Assembly (NCBI GenBank): GCA_030295235.1
Contig: AP026176.1
Location: forward strand, 124,001-188,000
Origin: Fistulifera solaris
Lineage: Eukaryota
Length of the DNA stretch: 64,000 bases
Direction of reading: 5' to 3'
Shown here: positions 39,301 through 52,300 of the stretch, in pieces
Layout: every line of letters starts with the position of its first letter
How positions within the stretch are numbered: position 1 is the first letter of the stretch
Notes under the pieces: generated by a model
What the model was told of the DNA's origin: nothing
The model's input: the letters and a program-made list of their open reading frames with translations, nothing else
The model's database searches: none
Made by a program: the position numbers and the translations under genes

Positions 39301-42300
39301 CAACATTCGAATCCATGTATAGTGCTAGCCGAACTTCGGACCGAACAATAGCGTTATCGGCGACAGAAACAAAAACAGCTCGACCAATGGGTGCATCCTT
39401 TTCGCCAGTGCGCTCTTCCATCAAAAACATGGACTCGAAAAGTTCAAGTCCGTATCTCGACGCACTGAGAGGAAGTACCATGAAGTCTTTTGAAGCGACG
39501 CCTGTCAGCTTTGGTCCTTCAAACACGGTCGCAAAAACCCCGACGCATCCTCCCGGTGCTTCCTTCTCACCCGTTCGCTCGACAATAAAGAATGTTGACT
39601 CGACCGGTTCCAGTCCGTATCTTGCCACGCTCAAAGGACGCACGATGGCAACATTCGAATCCATGTATAGTGCTAGCCGAACTTCGGACCGAACAATAGC
39701 GTTATCGGCGACAGAAACTAAAACAGCTCGAGCCATGGGCGCATCCTTCTCTCCGGTTCGCCCTTCTATCAAAAACATGGACTCGAAAAGTTCCAGTCCG
39801 TATCTCGACGCACTGAGAGGACGTACAATGCAGTCCTTCGAAGCGATGCATGTCAGCTTCGTTCCAACAAATAATACCGTCGCAAAGACCCTAACGCGTC
39901 CTCCGGGTGCTTCCTTCTCACCCGTTCGCTCGACAATAAAGAATGTTGACTCGACCGGATCTAGTCCGTATCTTACCACGCTCAAAGGACGCACGATGGC
40001 AACATTCGAATCCATGTATAGTGCTAGCCGAACTTCGGACCGAACAATAGCGTTATCGGCGACAGAAACAAAAACAGCTCGAGCCATGGGTGCATCCTTC
40101 TCTCCGGTTCGCCCTTCTATCAAAAACATGGACTCGAAAAGTTCCAGCCCGTATCTCGACGCACTGAGAGGACGTACAATGCAGTCCTTCGAAGCGATGC
40201 ATGTCAGCTTCGTTCCAACAAATAATACCGTCGCAAAGACCCTAACGCGTCCTCCGGGTGCTTCCTTCTCACCCGTTCGCTCGACAATAAAGAATGTTGA
40301 CTCGACCGGATCTAGTCCGTATCTTGCCACGCTCAAAGGACGCACGATGGCAACATTCGAATCCATGTATAGTGCTAGCCGAACTTCGGACCGAACAATA
40401 GCGTTATCGGCGACAGAAACAAAAACAGCTCGACCAATGGGTGCATCCTTCTCTCCGGTTCGCCCTTCCATCAAAAACATGGACTCGAAAAGTTCAAGTC
40501 CGTATCTCGACGCACTGAGAGGAAGTACCATGAAGTCTTTTGAAGCGACGCCTGTCAGCTTTGGTCCTTCAAACACGGTCGCAAAAACCCCGACGCGTCC
40601 TCCCGGTGCTTCCTTCTCACCCGTTCGCTCGACAATAAAGAATGTTGACTCGACCGGATCTAGTCCGTATCTTGCCACGCTCAAAGGACGCACGATGGCA
40701 ACATTCGAATCCATGTATAGTGCTAGCCGAACTTCGGACCGAACAATAGCGTTATCGGCGACAGAAACTAAAACAGCTCGAGCCATGGGCGCATCCTTCT
40801 CTCCGGTTCGCCCTTCTATCAAAAACATGAATTCGGCAAGTTCCAGCCCGTATCTCGACGCACTGCGAGGACGTACAATGCAGTCCTTCGAAGCGATGCA
40901 TGTCAGCTTCGTTCCAACAAATAATACCGTCGCAAAGACCCCGACGCATCCTCCCGGTGCTTCCTTCTCGCCCGTTCGCTCGACAATAAAGAATGTTGAC
41001 TCGACCGGATCTAGTCCGTATCTTACCACGCTCAAAGGACGCACGATGGCAACATTCGAATCCATGTATAGTGCTAGCCGAACTTCGGACCGAACAATAG
41101 CGTTATCGGCGACAGAAACAAAAACAGCTCGACCAATGGGTGCATCCTTTTCGCCAGTGCGCTCTTCAATCAAAAACATGGACTCGAAAAGTTCCAGACC
41201 GTATCTCGACGCACTGAGAGGACATACAATGCAGTCTTTGGAAGCGACGCCTGTCAGCTTTGGTCCTTCAAACACGGTCGCAAAAACCCCGACGCATCCT
41301 CCCGGTGCTTCCTTGTCACCCGTTCGCTCGACAATAAAGAATGTTGACTCGACCAGTTCCAGTCCGTATCTTGCCACGCTCAAAGGACGCACGATGGCAA
41401 CATTCGAATCCATGTATAGTGCTAGCCGAACTTCGGACCGAACAATAGCGTTATCGGCGACAGAAACAAAAACAGCTCGACCAATGGGTGCATCCTTTTC
41501 GCCAGTGCGCTCTTCAATCAAAAACATGGACTCGAAAAGTTCCAGTCCGTATCTCGACGCACTGAGAGGACGTACAATGCAGTCCTTCGAAGCGACGCCT
41601 GTCAGCTTTGGTCCTTCAAACACGGTCGCAAAAACCCCGACGCGTCCTCCGGGTGCTTCCTTCTCACCCGTTCGCTCGACAATAAAGAATGTTGACTCGA
41701 CCGGCTCTACTTCGTACCTCGATTCGCTGAAGGGACATACTATGTTATTGACTGACTTAAAAATCGAGAATCTTGTGTCCGAAAACACAACGGATTCTTT
41801 TGCTTCGCTGTCGACAAGCCAAGAGCTGCCACGACCTTCTGGTGTATCCTTCGCGCCAGTTCGCGCTTCGATCGAATACATGAACCCAAAAAGTCCCAGC
41901 CCATATCTCGAATCGCCCGATTCGACGCCTGTTACTTCGGTTCCTGCAGATGAATCAACAACAACAACACAAGCGAAAGCCATACATACTCATGCTTCCT
42001 TCTCGCCAGTCCGTTCATCGATAAAAATGTTGATTCGACCGCCTCCACTCCCTACCTTGATGCGTTGAAAGGGCATACCATGCCGCCCGATGGTCGTGAA
42101 GGATCATTTGTGTCACTACCAAGCCGAACAATCAATACGTTTGATTCAAATCTTTTGTCTCAACAGTCGGCTGATTTGCACCAGCACTGCTTAAACGAAA
42201 AACAAGAACGTCGCAGAACAGATCATTCATCTACGATCAATGAGACTAGCGTACCCCGTTTTGTGGTTTCGTCGAATCTGTCAGGCTTTCGCCCCACACC

Positions 42301-42673
42301 AGCGAGTGAAGATTTCCGCGAGTCGTCCATTCTAGATAATAAGGAGAATAATCAACCCGCTTCCCAGGACTTGCAAATTTGGCTTAATGAAGCTCGCAAG
42401 CACGCACCATTGCTTCAAGCAGGTCCTGATAAACCAGATTTGAAAAATAGTGTTCGAATGATGTCGTCGCCTATAGCGAGTCCGTACCTCGACAAGCTTA
42501 TCTCGTCACCTCGTCAAGAGTCTCCCAAGCCGCAGGGTAGCTCTATTGTTCACAAAACGAGCCGATGGTCACCTAGAAACGGTGGCGGCCCCGACGCAGC
42601 GGACTTGAAACATAAAGTACTCATGTCTTCATCTTCATCGAACCCCTACTTGGATAGCTTACGGCAAGAATGA
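36393..42673 (+). CDS. Giant plastid-targeted disordered tandem-repeat protein (FSPVR / YLxxL modules); frameshifts at ~37630, ~38365 and ~42025
   Basis: Signal peptide 'MTGRTAFCITFLWISLLSWQLMA|FAP' followed by a transit peptide. Four abutting ORFs share the SYLxxL/SPYLxxL motifs. Confidence 0.8.
38688..41740 (+). repeat. Coding tandem repeat, 348-351 bp unit (two related half-units), ~8.5 copies
   Basis: Near-identical units start at about 38691, 39042, 39393, 39741, 40092, 40443, 40791, 41142 and 41490. Confidence 0.95.
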
Positions 42674-42779
42674 ATGTGACCGACGAAGGCTACAATAGGG
42701 TTGTTGAAAAGACGACCACTTCGCGAAACGATCATGCACCAAACGAAATTCGATCTATATCACCACTATTTACTCTAGT

Positions 42780-45700
42780 TTATGACCTCTGTTTTGTAAG
42801 CATTTGTTTTGTATACTCCCATATCGTGATTGCACCGGTGACGTGGACGTTCAGACTGCGAATTATACCGAATTGCGGTATTTCGACACATTCGTCCACA
42901 GCGTGGAGGTATTGAATTGGAATGCCTTCTTTTTCCTTGCCTAGTAAAAGGACTGTCGGTCGATCGGGGAAGGAAAAATCGGATAGTTGGACGCTCGTTG
43001 AAGTCTGTTCAATGCCAAGAATGAAAAATCCTTCTTCTCGTTTCTTCGTCAACCACTTTAGAAGATTCTGTCAATGTTCACGTGCAAATAAAATTAGACT
43101 GCTGCACGATAGAATCGCGAGAAGACATATATTTCAGCAAAAGACATCTCATCGTTTGATCAATTTTCCATCAAATGGCAATCGGAACAGATCTTGGTAA
43201 TTTATCAAATAATCACGGATGTAGCGACGATAGCAACAAAGAATACCTTTGACTCACCTTCTCTTTACATTCTTCGACGGTAATCCAGTCTCCAGCTCCA
43301 ACACTAATACTCTTAAAATTATCCATTTTGGCAACTTTCTTGTCAGGGGATGACTAGGGAATCTACCCCAAATATTTCCGACGTTCGAGCTAATCCTCCT
43401 AGATTGGGCACTTTGTCGATAAGACTAGCGCACACAATCAAGTTTTGTTTCGTCCGGCCTGCAGCTGTTCGAAGCCGGCGCTCAGATATGCTTTCGAGAG
43501 CCAAATTCAACGCGTCCAAAGGAATGATTTTTCGCTGAAAATTCACGACGTCACAGACAACGGTAGCGCTATTTTGCGAATCATTTGTTTCGTCTTCGCC
43601 TTCCTGCAATAGCTTCCATGTCGGTGCGTCACCGCCACGAGACTCCTCATAAACCATTTGAAGCCCATCTTTGATTACTTCAACTAAGTGACTGGGAAAA
43701 GCTTCACCGCCTTCATCCACGGAAATGTCCAATATACCTCTGACAGTGCATACTTCATTTACTTGGTATTGGTTGAAAAAATCAACCTGCTTTGACCGTA
43801 AACGCTTCATTTCGGCGTTCTCATCCAAATGTTTGAATATGGTCCTGAGATACCAAATGCTGTCGAATTTGTCTTCCACGCATGTCACGTCGATTTTCAG
43901 CGGAACTAGTTCGTAAACAAGTAATTGAGCTATTGCCCGGCTGAAGCCTTGTGTGCTGCTGAGCCATGGGATGACCCCTGAAATGAGTGCATCCAATGTA
44001 TTATTGTTGGAGTCTGATGTTATAGCAGGCAAAAACTCTTCCTTGTGCCTTCCAACAACCAAGTTTCCAGTAATTATCATTAATGAAGAAATAGTTTGCA
44101 GAGATAGAGCATGCCTTGTAATGTTGTTCACCAAAGAGTCTACGAAAAGCTGAGGGAAACGTCTCGCGCATTGAATGGCCAGAATTTCTATGAAGTAGCG
44201 GATTTGTCCGTGAAGGGTCTCTTCAAGAGCCTCAAAGATTCGATCACGCACAAGTTCCACCAGAGGCGGCGTCAAAAACTTAGACAGAACACACAGTGCC
44301 TGCCATCCCCTCATTTTTGTGCAATATTCTGGACTGCCGATCATCACCATACTTGTAGTTTTCTTTGATCCTTTCTTCGCAGAAGGGCGCACTGCATCAA
44401 GCAATCGTTTGACCATGGGACTAATTAATGAAGTTGACACATGCTCGGGTAGCTCTGGGTTCTCAGCCAACTCCGCAAAGAATGTAAGAAGGATCCCTCT
44501 GGTGACACTCTGATCGTGAGCAGTCACCGAAACTCCAATACCCGTTTCTTCGGGAAATAACGGATTCTTCGTGGTATGGGATACAGCATCTTCGACAGCA
44601 TCGTCTTTTTGTAGAAGCAGCTTTTCGAGATCATCCAAGTAAGGAATAGCAGCAAGCCCTTGGTTACTTGCACTTTCTGTCCGCAGCCAGCCAACGACCG
44701 CGTAGGCCAAAACAGTCCTGCTTATAAAAGACTTCTTTGTACCAGCCAATTCAATCATTTGACGAAACGTGGAGCGGATAGGTGTGGCAGTATTTTTGTT
44801 GTCCAACAGCCTGGTGTACTCGTCCAGCATTAAATCCGATCTGAAAACAAGACGGCAAATCCCATCCAACATATGTAGATTTTCTTTAGCAGTCTTACAT
44901 TCGGCCACGACCTTAAGCAGAGTCTTTATCACCGAGCTCAAGCAGTTTACATGCTGTTCTAAACCCGTACCAAGAGTCAAAAGATATTTGCCGGCAGTAA
45001 TAACACAGTCAAAAAGAAGGGTGATTGCCTCAGCAGGAGTAGCTTCAATGTCTTCGGCGGCAACAGAGAATAGCTTCTCCGAGGCGATTCGAATTTCGTC
45101 GTCATTCGTCGAAGCAGAGGCAAGGATAGAAAACAAGCACGACAAAGCACCCCACCGTGCAAAGTGAAACAAAGACCTGCAAGCTTGCTTGTCGTCTCTC
45201 GAAGATATTCCAATTGGACTGAAATCCATTACCAGCAAAGCGTTCACCGCAGAGAGAGCTTGGGGTGTGTTTATTTCTACGCCAGCAAATAGGGCGCCAT
45301 ACAATAGACAGAGCCCTTGCAGTATTTTCACGTCGGCCTTTCTGACACCGACCAGAAGTGGCAAGTTTTTGTCAACGATTGACGCGTTACCGCTCGAGAG
45401 AGCCATGCTGGACGGAAACGCTTTATGAACTATGCGAAATTGACAGATCAGCCCCGAGTAGGTCTGGGAAAGAATACGTGCGTTCCCTGACCGAAAGCTT
45501 CCTTCTCGGGTAGCATCCTGGCCATTCTGCGCAATAAGCCCAATAATGTGGTGGTGAATAAAGTCGAATCCATTGGTGAGAACGCGCTCAACATTTGAAG
45601 GGGGTGGCATCATTTGATTGGTAGAGTCGACAACCAAGTCTCCGTTTCCCATTCCCGAAAGTAATTGTGCTTGGCAACCATATTCTAGCAACAGTAAAGC

Positions 45701-47724
45701 TCGAGCGACTCTATCAGCCATTGACCACGACGGAGTTGCTATTGCGACAGGTGCGTGATTTATTCCTTTGTTAATGGCTGGCCATAACAACTCACTTGAC
45801 GTACTAGTCGATTCAGTTGCAGCCGAGGTTGCCAGAAAGCAAAATGAAACGACCGCTTTAGCAGTCACTTTGTCCAATGCCGAAACACCAATCTTCGGAT
45901 TCCATGATTCCTGCTGTGTTGATGAAACGAGTATTCCATCTACAAAAGCGGTTGCAATAGGACCACCGGCACCGGCAGCCCATCCAGGTTTCTCAGAATT
46001 CAATCCTGTTTGAATCCATTCTCGCAATGCCGGATTAACTTTGTCCACGAGAGGATAGAGACCAAGTACCGCCAAAATACTTGGAGGTGAAAGTGCTTCT
46101 TCCGCCACGGTATGCTGCAGCACAACTGCGAGGTTTTGTAAAAGAGAGTCTTTGTACTTTTGCACCACCGAGCCCGAAGAGAAAAAGACTCTCAAAAGCA
46201 GTAGCAACGTTCGTCAAAACTTGTTGCCCCACAGGAAACTTAGCACCGCTCTTTGCCATGGCCGACGCCGAACATTCCAACAACTGAACTACCGTCTTGT
46301 GGTGCATCTGACACACCACCGCGTTGGACAATAATCGAGACAGGAATCGCCCGCGAATGTCAGAATTGTCTAGCGTCAAAATGTAGTCGTACAAAAAGTC
46401 GTACATCATCTCCGCCATATCTTCGGCAGAATGCTTCTTTTGCCAACCTCTTCCATGTGCATGGTCAGGCCTACCGAATCCGATAAAGAATCGTACGACG
46501 GAAGGATAACATCAAATAGAAAATCCGGAGTAATACTGGCCAAGGGCGCACCCTTTTGTGACGATTGTCGGATGATCCCCGCTTCCCCGCGAAACAAGCG
46601 GTACAAGGTGAGTTTGCGGACGACGGGTAAATCCGGCGAGACCAGAATGCGGGCCAACAAAAGAAACGTCCAACGAAACGAAACGCCGGGGGCATAGTTT
46701 CTGCCTCATTGTTTTGACTCGCTTCCGCGAGCAATTCTTGCACCGAGCCCCATATCTGATCCATCAAATGCGGTTCTTGTTCCATTTCCGCCGTTTCGAA
46801 GCATGCTACATACTTGTACCACGATTTGTGGGAATGTTGTTCTTCCATGACACGCAGTAAATACAAACCCCGTCGTCGCAACAACTGCGAGTGTGATTCT
46901 TGTAGTGTTGTTTCCGTTCCACGTCGTGTCTGTTTCATCGGTGTGACGTTGTGACATCCTTGTTGTAAGCATTGATAAACGAGTTCCCATACTCTGGGTT
47001 GTGTCCAGGGCGATGCACTCTCTAGGAGGACCGGAAATAGGATACAGAGAACCGACGTGATCACCAAGAGTGATCGCGGAGATGAATCGGCCTCGTACAG
47101 CTCCCACATCCACTGTTCTACATGTTCGCAATGATTCGGCAACAATAAAGGAAGTAAGGAATGAATGATGGGACCCATCAATGCCGCTCGTTCGGCATCA
47201 TCGGTCAATCGAACGGCTTGTTGGATACCCCCCTTCAAAAGATCGAGACCCATGGTCGGACGTTCGAGTCGTTGCACCACGAGACACAAATTCTTCCATG
47301 GCTGATGAGAGTCTATAATCCGAATCATTTCGTCGGTTTGCGCAATTTGCGGGGGCAAGGGAATCGTCTCGTCGTGCGCAACCACAACAACATCGAGAAA
47401 TGCATCCAGTAATTCGGAAGATTCCTTCCAACAAACCGACAAGATCATCGATAAAGCATTGTTTTGGCTGTTATTGTGTTGATGCCAAAAGACAAGTAAC
47501 AGAAACAGTTTGTGCGAATTCGTTTTCTTCTTCCAAATGGAATCCACCCAAGACCGATCTTCTTCCTCAAAACCTTCGAAAAACGACGCAATGTTGGTCG
47601 TCGTCAAGACGGTGAGTGACGAGGAAGCCTGCAACAAACATTGCAACGCGGGTACGAGGGCTTTGAGTGACAGACTCTGCAACAGCGGTTCCACCGATTG
47701 AAACAGTGACTGCAATTTCGTCAT
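42780..47724 (-). CDS. TRM3: tRNA (guanosine-18 2'-O)-methyltransferase, TARBP1/Trm3 family (SpoU domain); intron 43068-43257; several frameshifts
   Basis: C-terminal SPOUT motifs 'ASLIDKVPNLGGLARTSEIFG', 'LLGKEKEGIP' and 'VEIPQFGIIRSLNVHV', preceded by 'NFQRKIIP' and a long ARM-like N-terminus split over 5 ORFs. Confidence 0.88.
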
Positions 47725-48188
47725 TCTCGACAATTATTCCCTGTATTTGTGTGTCAACAAATGAATGCTTTACACTTGCATGTTTGTCGTCACATTTTTT
47801 CATGTTGCATGGTTATGGCGCTACTATCCGTACATAAGGCCAGACGAATGAGTCCCAGTATAGTCTTCAAATGTACCACATTTACTATAGGCATTGAGTG
47901 TTACCACGACTGCATTCCAGTCATGAAGCAACTCGCGGACGTCCTGCTAGCTACGCGGTTTGCTTTTCTCAAAAAATCAAAACAAAGTGAAATAATGGAA
48001 GTCCTTAGTCTAATGCAATCACCCTTACTAAGCAACCTGACACGGTAGCTTTACAGACAATGCCGCGCTCTAGTCAATATTTCAATGCGAAACAACACAT
48101 CCTAAAATCGCCATTCCAACTTTTTACCCATTATACATACGTAGCACTACTACTACTACTTTGGACTCCCGTCAACATCGACAAGACG

Positions 48189-48864
48189 TTATGACGCATC
48201 ATGGCCATGGCCCCTTGTTGGGCCCCTTGTTGCATCATGCGTTCGAACCGCGCTTTTGATCGGTACTGCATTTATAGTAGCCGTACACATTCGCACCGGC
48301 CAATGCCAAGGCCAATCCATCCACCAACAACCATTCCCAATGAAACGACACCAAGGCCATGACAAAAAAGACACCCCACGTGAAAGGTGTCGCATACAGA
48401 ACCGTCCAAAAGACATTCTTATCAAACGGGTTGACTTGATAGCGTGGTCGTCCTCCTTGTTGTTGATATTGTTCGGCACTTTCAAAGATCCATGTCGTGG
48501 TATCATTTTCGACTTTATTCCACCATCGCAATCCTACTAACAATCGTCCCGTGACATTTTTGACGACCCAAAAATCGGCCGCCAATAGTAGGATGCAAAC
48601 GACGGACCACGTAATGAAAGCGCCTTCACTGTGACCAATGAACCAATTGGCAAACAAATACAGCAAGACAGCGGCCGCCTTGAAGAGAATGTGAAACACA
48701 ATGACGACAGGATGGGACGATTGTGACAGTTGATTCAAGACAGAATCGACCATGTTGTTGGGTTGGGCGGTGGTTGTTACCGGTAGAGGAGCATCGTGAC
48801 CGGCGGGAGAAAAAGTACCGTCGGAATTTTGGACTTGAAATTGCAAATCGTGGGTATTGTTCAT
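48189..48864 (-). CDS. TVP23: Golgi apparatus membrane protein TVP23 (DUF846); probable frameshift near the C-terminus (~48255)
   Basis: 'HPVVIVFHILFK', 'LLAADFWVVKNVTGRLLVGLRWWN', 'WIFES' and 'ANVYGYYKC'. Confidence 0.93.
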
Positions 48865-49385
48865 CTCTCTTGCTTTTTTCTGTATATATATTATTCACTA
48901 TTTCTTGTTGAAATAATTAGAACGAAGGAAAGAGATTGAAAATAAGGAAATGGGCATTGCGAATGAATAGAATAGAACGGCAACCATAACAGCACACGCG
49001 CCTTATGGCGGCTGAGGGTCGTATGTACTTTTGTGTACTACAATTTCGGACTCATTAGTCACGAGTAGGATGACTTTTGCGCGAGCCAGTCTTCCGTTGG
49101 GGTCATTTCTTCAACTTTTTGTCATTAGTGTGACATTCACCTCCATCTACTCCGCATGAAACTGTAGGCGTCCATTCAACGGACTCCGCCCTCCGCAGTC
49201 ACTCGTTTCGTTTTGTTGCAATAAACGATCCTCTCTGTCATTTCGGCCCTGTTTTATTGCAGGAGAAAAGGAGAGAGAGGTCATTGATCTCCTTTCGAAT
49301 AGAAATAGATACCGTTGACATCAGAATCAAAGTATTATTCTTCGATTCCTTCTACTACTAAGACAGAAAGAACTGTTCAAATAAA

Positions 49386-52300
49386 ATGCCCTCCGCATTC
49401 CCCGCTACCGTCGCCGAACGGGAAGCCGAATTGATTGCGTTGCAATCGGCGTTTGATGAATACATTGCGAGTAGTCGGGAATTGGAAGAAGAACTCGATG
49501 CCGAACTCGCCAAGATGCGTAAGTAAAAAAAGAGGCGAAGAGTGTGAAGGAAGAGTCGTAGAGTCAGGTTTCTTTCTCTGTATATTGTTCATCATTCATT
49601 CCTATCGTATCTTCTTACTGTACTTTTATTTGCGTTTTTCACAACTCACACATCCTATCGTTCCCACCCACCCACCGCAGAAGAAAAATTGGCCGAATCG
49701 ACCGCCGCCAATGCCGCCTTATCGGCGCAACTCGAAAACATTTCGCCGCAATTGGCCAGCTTGGAACAAGCGTTGACCGAAAGTCGTTCGAAACTGCGCG
49801 AAGAACAAAAATTGCGCCGGGCCGCCGAGAATGCTCAAGACGAAGCCGATCAACGCGTTCGCGAATTGGAACAAAGTTTGCAACAGGCACGGGAAGAATG
49901 TGATGATGTGCATGAAGAATTGGCCTTTCGAGAAAATGAATTGGAAGAAATGAAATTGGAGCTCGAAGTGGAAAAGCAACAACTGCTCAATGAATTGGCG
50001 GCCGCGCGGTCGTCCGCACCGACCGAAGTGACCGAGGCCGCGGATGAGGGGTACACCAAGAAATTAGAAGAAGAATTGGAATTGGTGACGGAACAATTGA
50101 TTGATATGGAAAAACGTCTTTCCGAGGCGGAAGCCGATGTCGCCAACAAGCAGGCACAGTTGGAGCGTCTGCAAACAGAAGGTCGTCGGGAAGAAGATGA
50201 AGATTTGATTCGGACCTTGCAGACGGAAAATGCGGATCGACTGGAAACGGAAGAACGACTCCGGAACGAAATTTCCGTCCTCAAAGAAGAACTCGCTCTT
50301 TCGAAAGAAGAAGTGGCCTTGCAACAAGAGGAACTGCATGCTGCGGAAGAAGATTACAAGGCCACGACCATGGCTTTAGAAGAGGAACGCATGAAACACA
50401 AGGAAGAAGTAACACGATTGGGTATGCGCATCAAAGAAGCCGAAATGGCCACCACCAGTACTTTGGGAGAAGCCGCCATGGTGGCGACGACGGTCCAATC
50501 AGCCAATGAAGAGAACGCACAGCTCAAGGATGAGCTTATTTCGTTAGAAGCTGCCTTGGCCAACGCCAAAAAAAGATTACGAGACGGTCATGGAAGAATT
50601 AGAAGCGGTCAATGCACGCTTCGATGAAGCTCGGGAGGAGGCGCGTCGTGAGGGAGAAGAAATGGCACGAGAAAATCTCCGCAACGAGCAAAAGAGTGAT
50701 TCTTCACATGAACTGCAGGAAGCGAGAGCGCAATTGGATAAATTGATACAGGAAAATAAACTACTTCAAGAAAAGGTGGATGCGGCCGAAGTGGCATTGG
50801 CGGCTGCCAGTGATCGGGAAGGCGGTGATGCTGCGGGCGGTAGCAGTGAAGTTGTAAAACAATTGCAGGCTCAGTTGGCGCGTTCAAAAGACGAATTGGT
50901 GCGGAAAAACAAGGAAATTTCCGAATTGTCTGAAATGACAGAGCAGCGCCTCAGCAAGGCTGAGGAAAATGTTGTTCAGTTGGAGAGTCAATTGAGAGCC
51001 ACCAAGGCTAGTTTGGCTGAAGCGGAAGCTCGGATCATTGTTCTCAAGCGCGAGAAGGAACGAGCCGAAAACGTCATTCCTCCTCAATCGCCTCGTAGAG
51101 CAAAGGAGGTGATAGAGGGTGGTCCGTCACCGCCGACACTCAGCGCGGCGAGGTCTCGTTCGCGCAGCCCTTCGGCTCCAGTCCGAGAGGAATTGGAGGA
51201 TATGGAGGATGCCCCAACTCCCAGCAAAGGACGCCACCGGGCTCGTTTCGAGCTCGCCCTCGTCTGTGATGCGCTTGGAATTTCAGCTGGCAGAACAGAA
51301 AACAAAATATGCCGAATTGGAAAAGGCTCACAATGAGCTGCTGGATCAAAAGCGCATGAGTGAAGTCAGACTCAAGCGCATGGAAGAAGACTTACGGTTC
51401 CTTCGCAAACAAGTGTTTGAAAAGGATGGCGCGACCGTCACGCAGATGACACGTTTGAGTTCCCTCGCGAGTAGTCAGAAGGACACAGGACTCGGCGATG
51501 ACAATGAGATGGGTCGTGTGAACGAGATCATCGAATCTCGTGATGTCAAGGCCATGGCGGCTGAGTTGATCAACCTAGAAAAGAAATGCAATAGTCAGCG
51601 TCTTTACAATGCCGAGCTGCTCAGCAAGATGCTTCATCTACAAGGAAATATCCAGGTTTATTGTCGTGTCCGTCCCATGTCGTTGGCCGAAATTGAAAAA
51701 GGATACAAGAGTGCCGTCGAGGCTCTGAGCGAAAACGAAGTGGGATGCTTTGACAGCCGTACCAACAAATGGAAAAGCTTCGCGTTTGATAGGGTTTGGG
51801 GACCGGATCAATCACAACAAAGCGTCTTCCAGGATGTTGAACCATTGGCATTGAGTGTGGTGGATGGTTTTAATGCTTGTATCTTCGCGTAAGTGAACGA
51901 TTCGCGAGCGGTTGTTGTCGAAGATGCATCTAACTTTATTGATTTCGACTAATAGCTATGGTCAGACTGGTAGTGGCAAGACCTTTACCATGGAAGGTGT
52001 AAGGGAGAACGGCCAATTCGGTATTAGCTACCGAACTATCCAGAAAATCTTTCACCTTTTGAATCTCCGTGCTCAGCAGCAACGGGCAGCTGAAATGTTT
52101 GTTGGACAAGAAGCAGAAGACGACCCGGCAAAGGAAGTTTCGTTTCAATTTACAATCGAAGTCGGCATGTTGGAAATATACAACGATGAAATTTACGACT
52201 TGTTGGGGACTGCGGGGGCTTCGATGGCAGAGAAAAAGGAAGGCGCAATGAAAGCTGGTGGAAAAAGTTCGTTGGATATTCGACGCACTCCAGAAGGACG

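Noticed and set aside
38639..41983. 1114-aa antisense ORF over the tandem repeat
   Set aside because: It is a shadow of a repeat unit that happens to lack stops on the minus strand. The plus strand has the targeting peptide and the motif continuity outside the array.
50560..50580. Programmed ribosomal frameshift at A-runs (kinesin and others)
   Set aside because: Breaks occur throughout unrelated genes at arbitrary homopolymers with no shared stimulatory structure. Sequencing error is more parsimonious.
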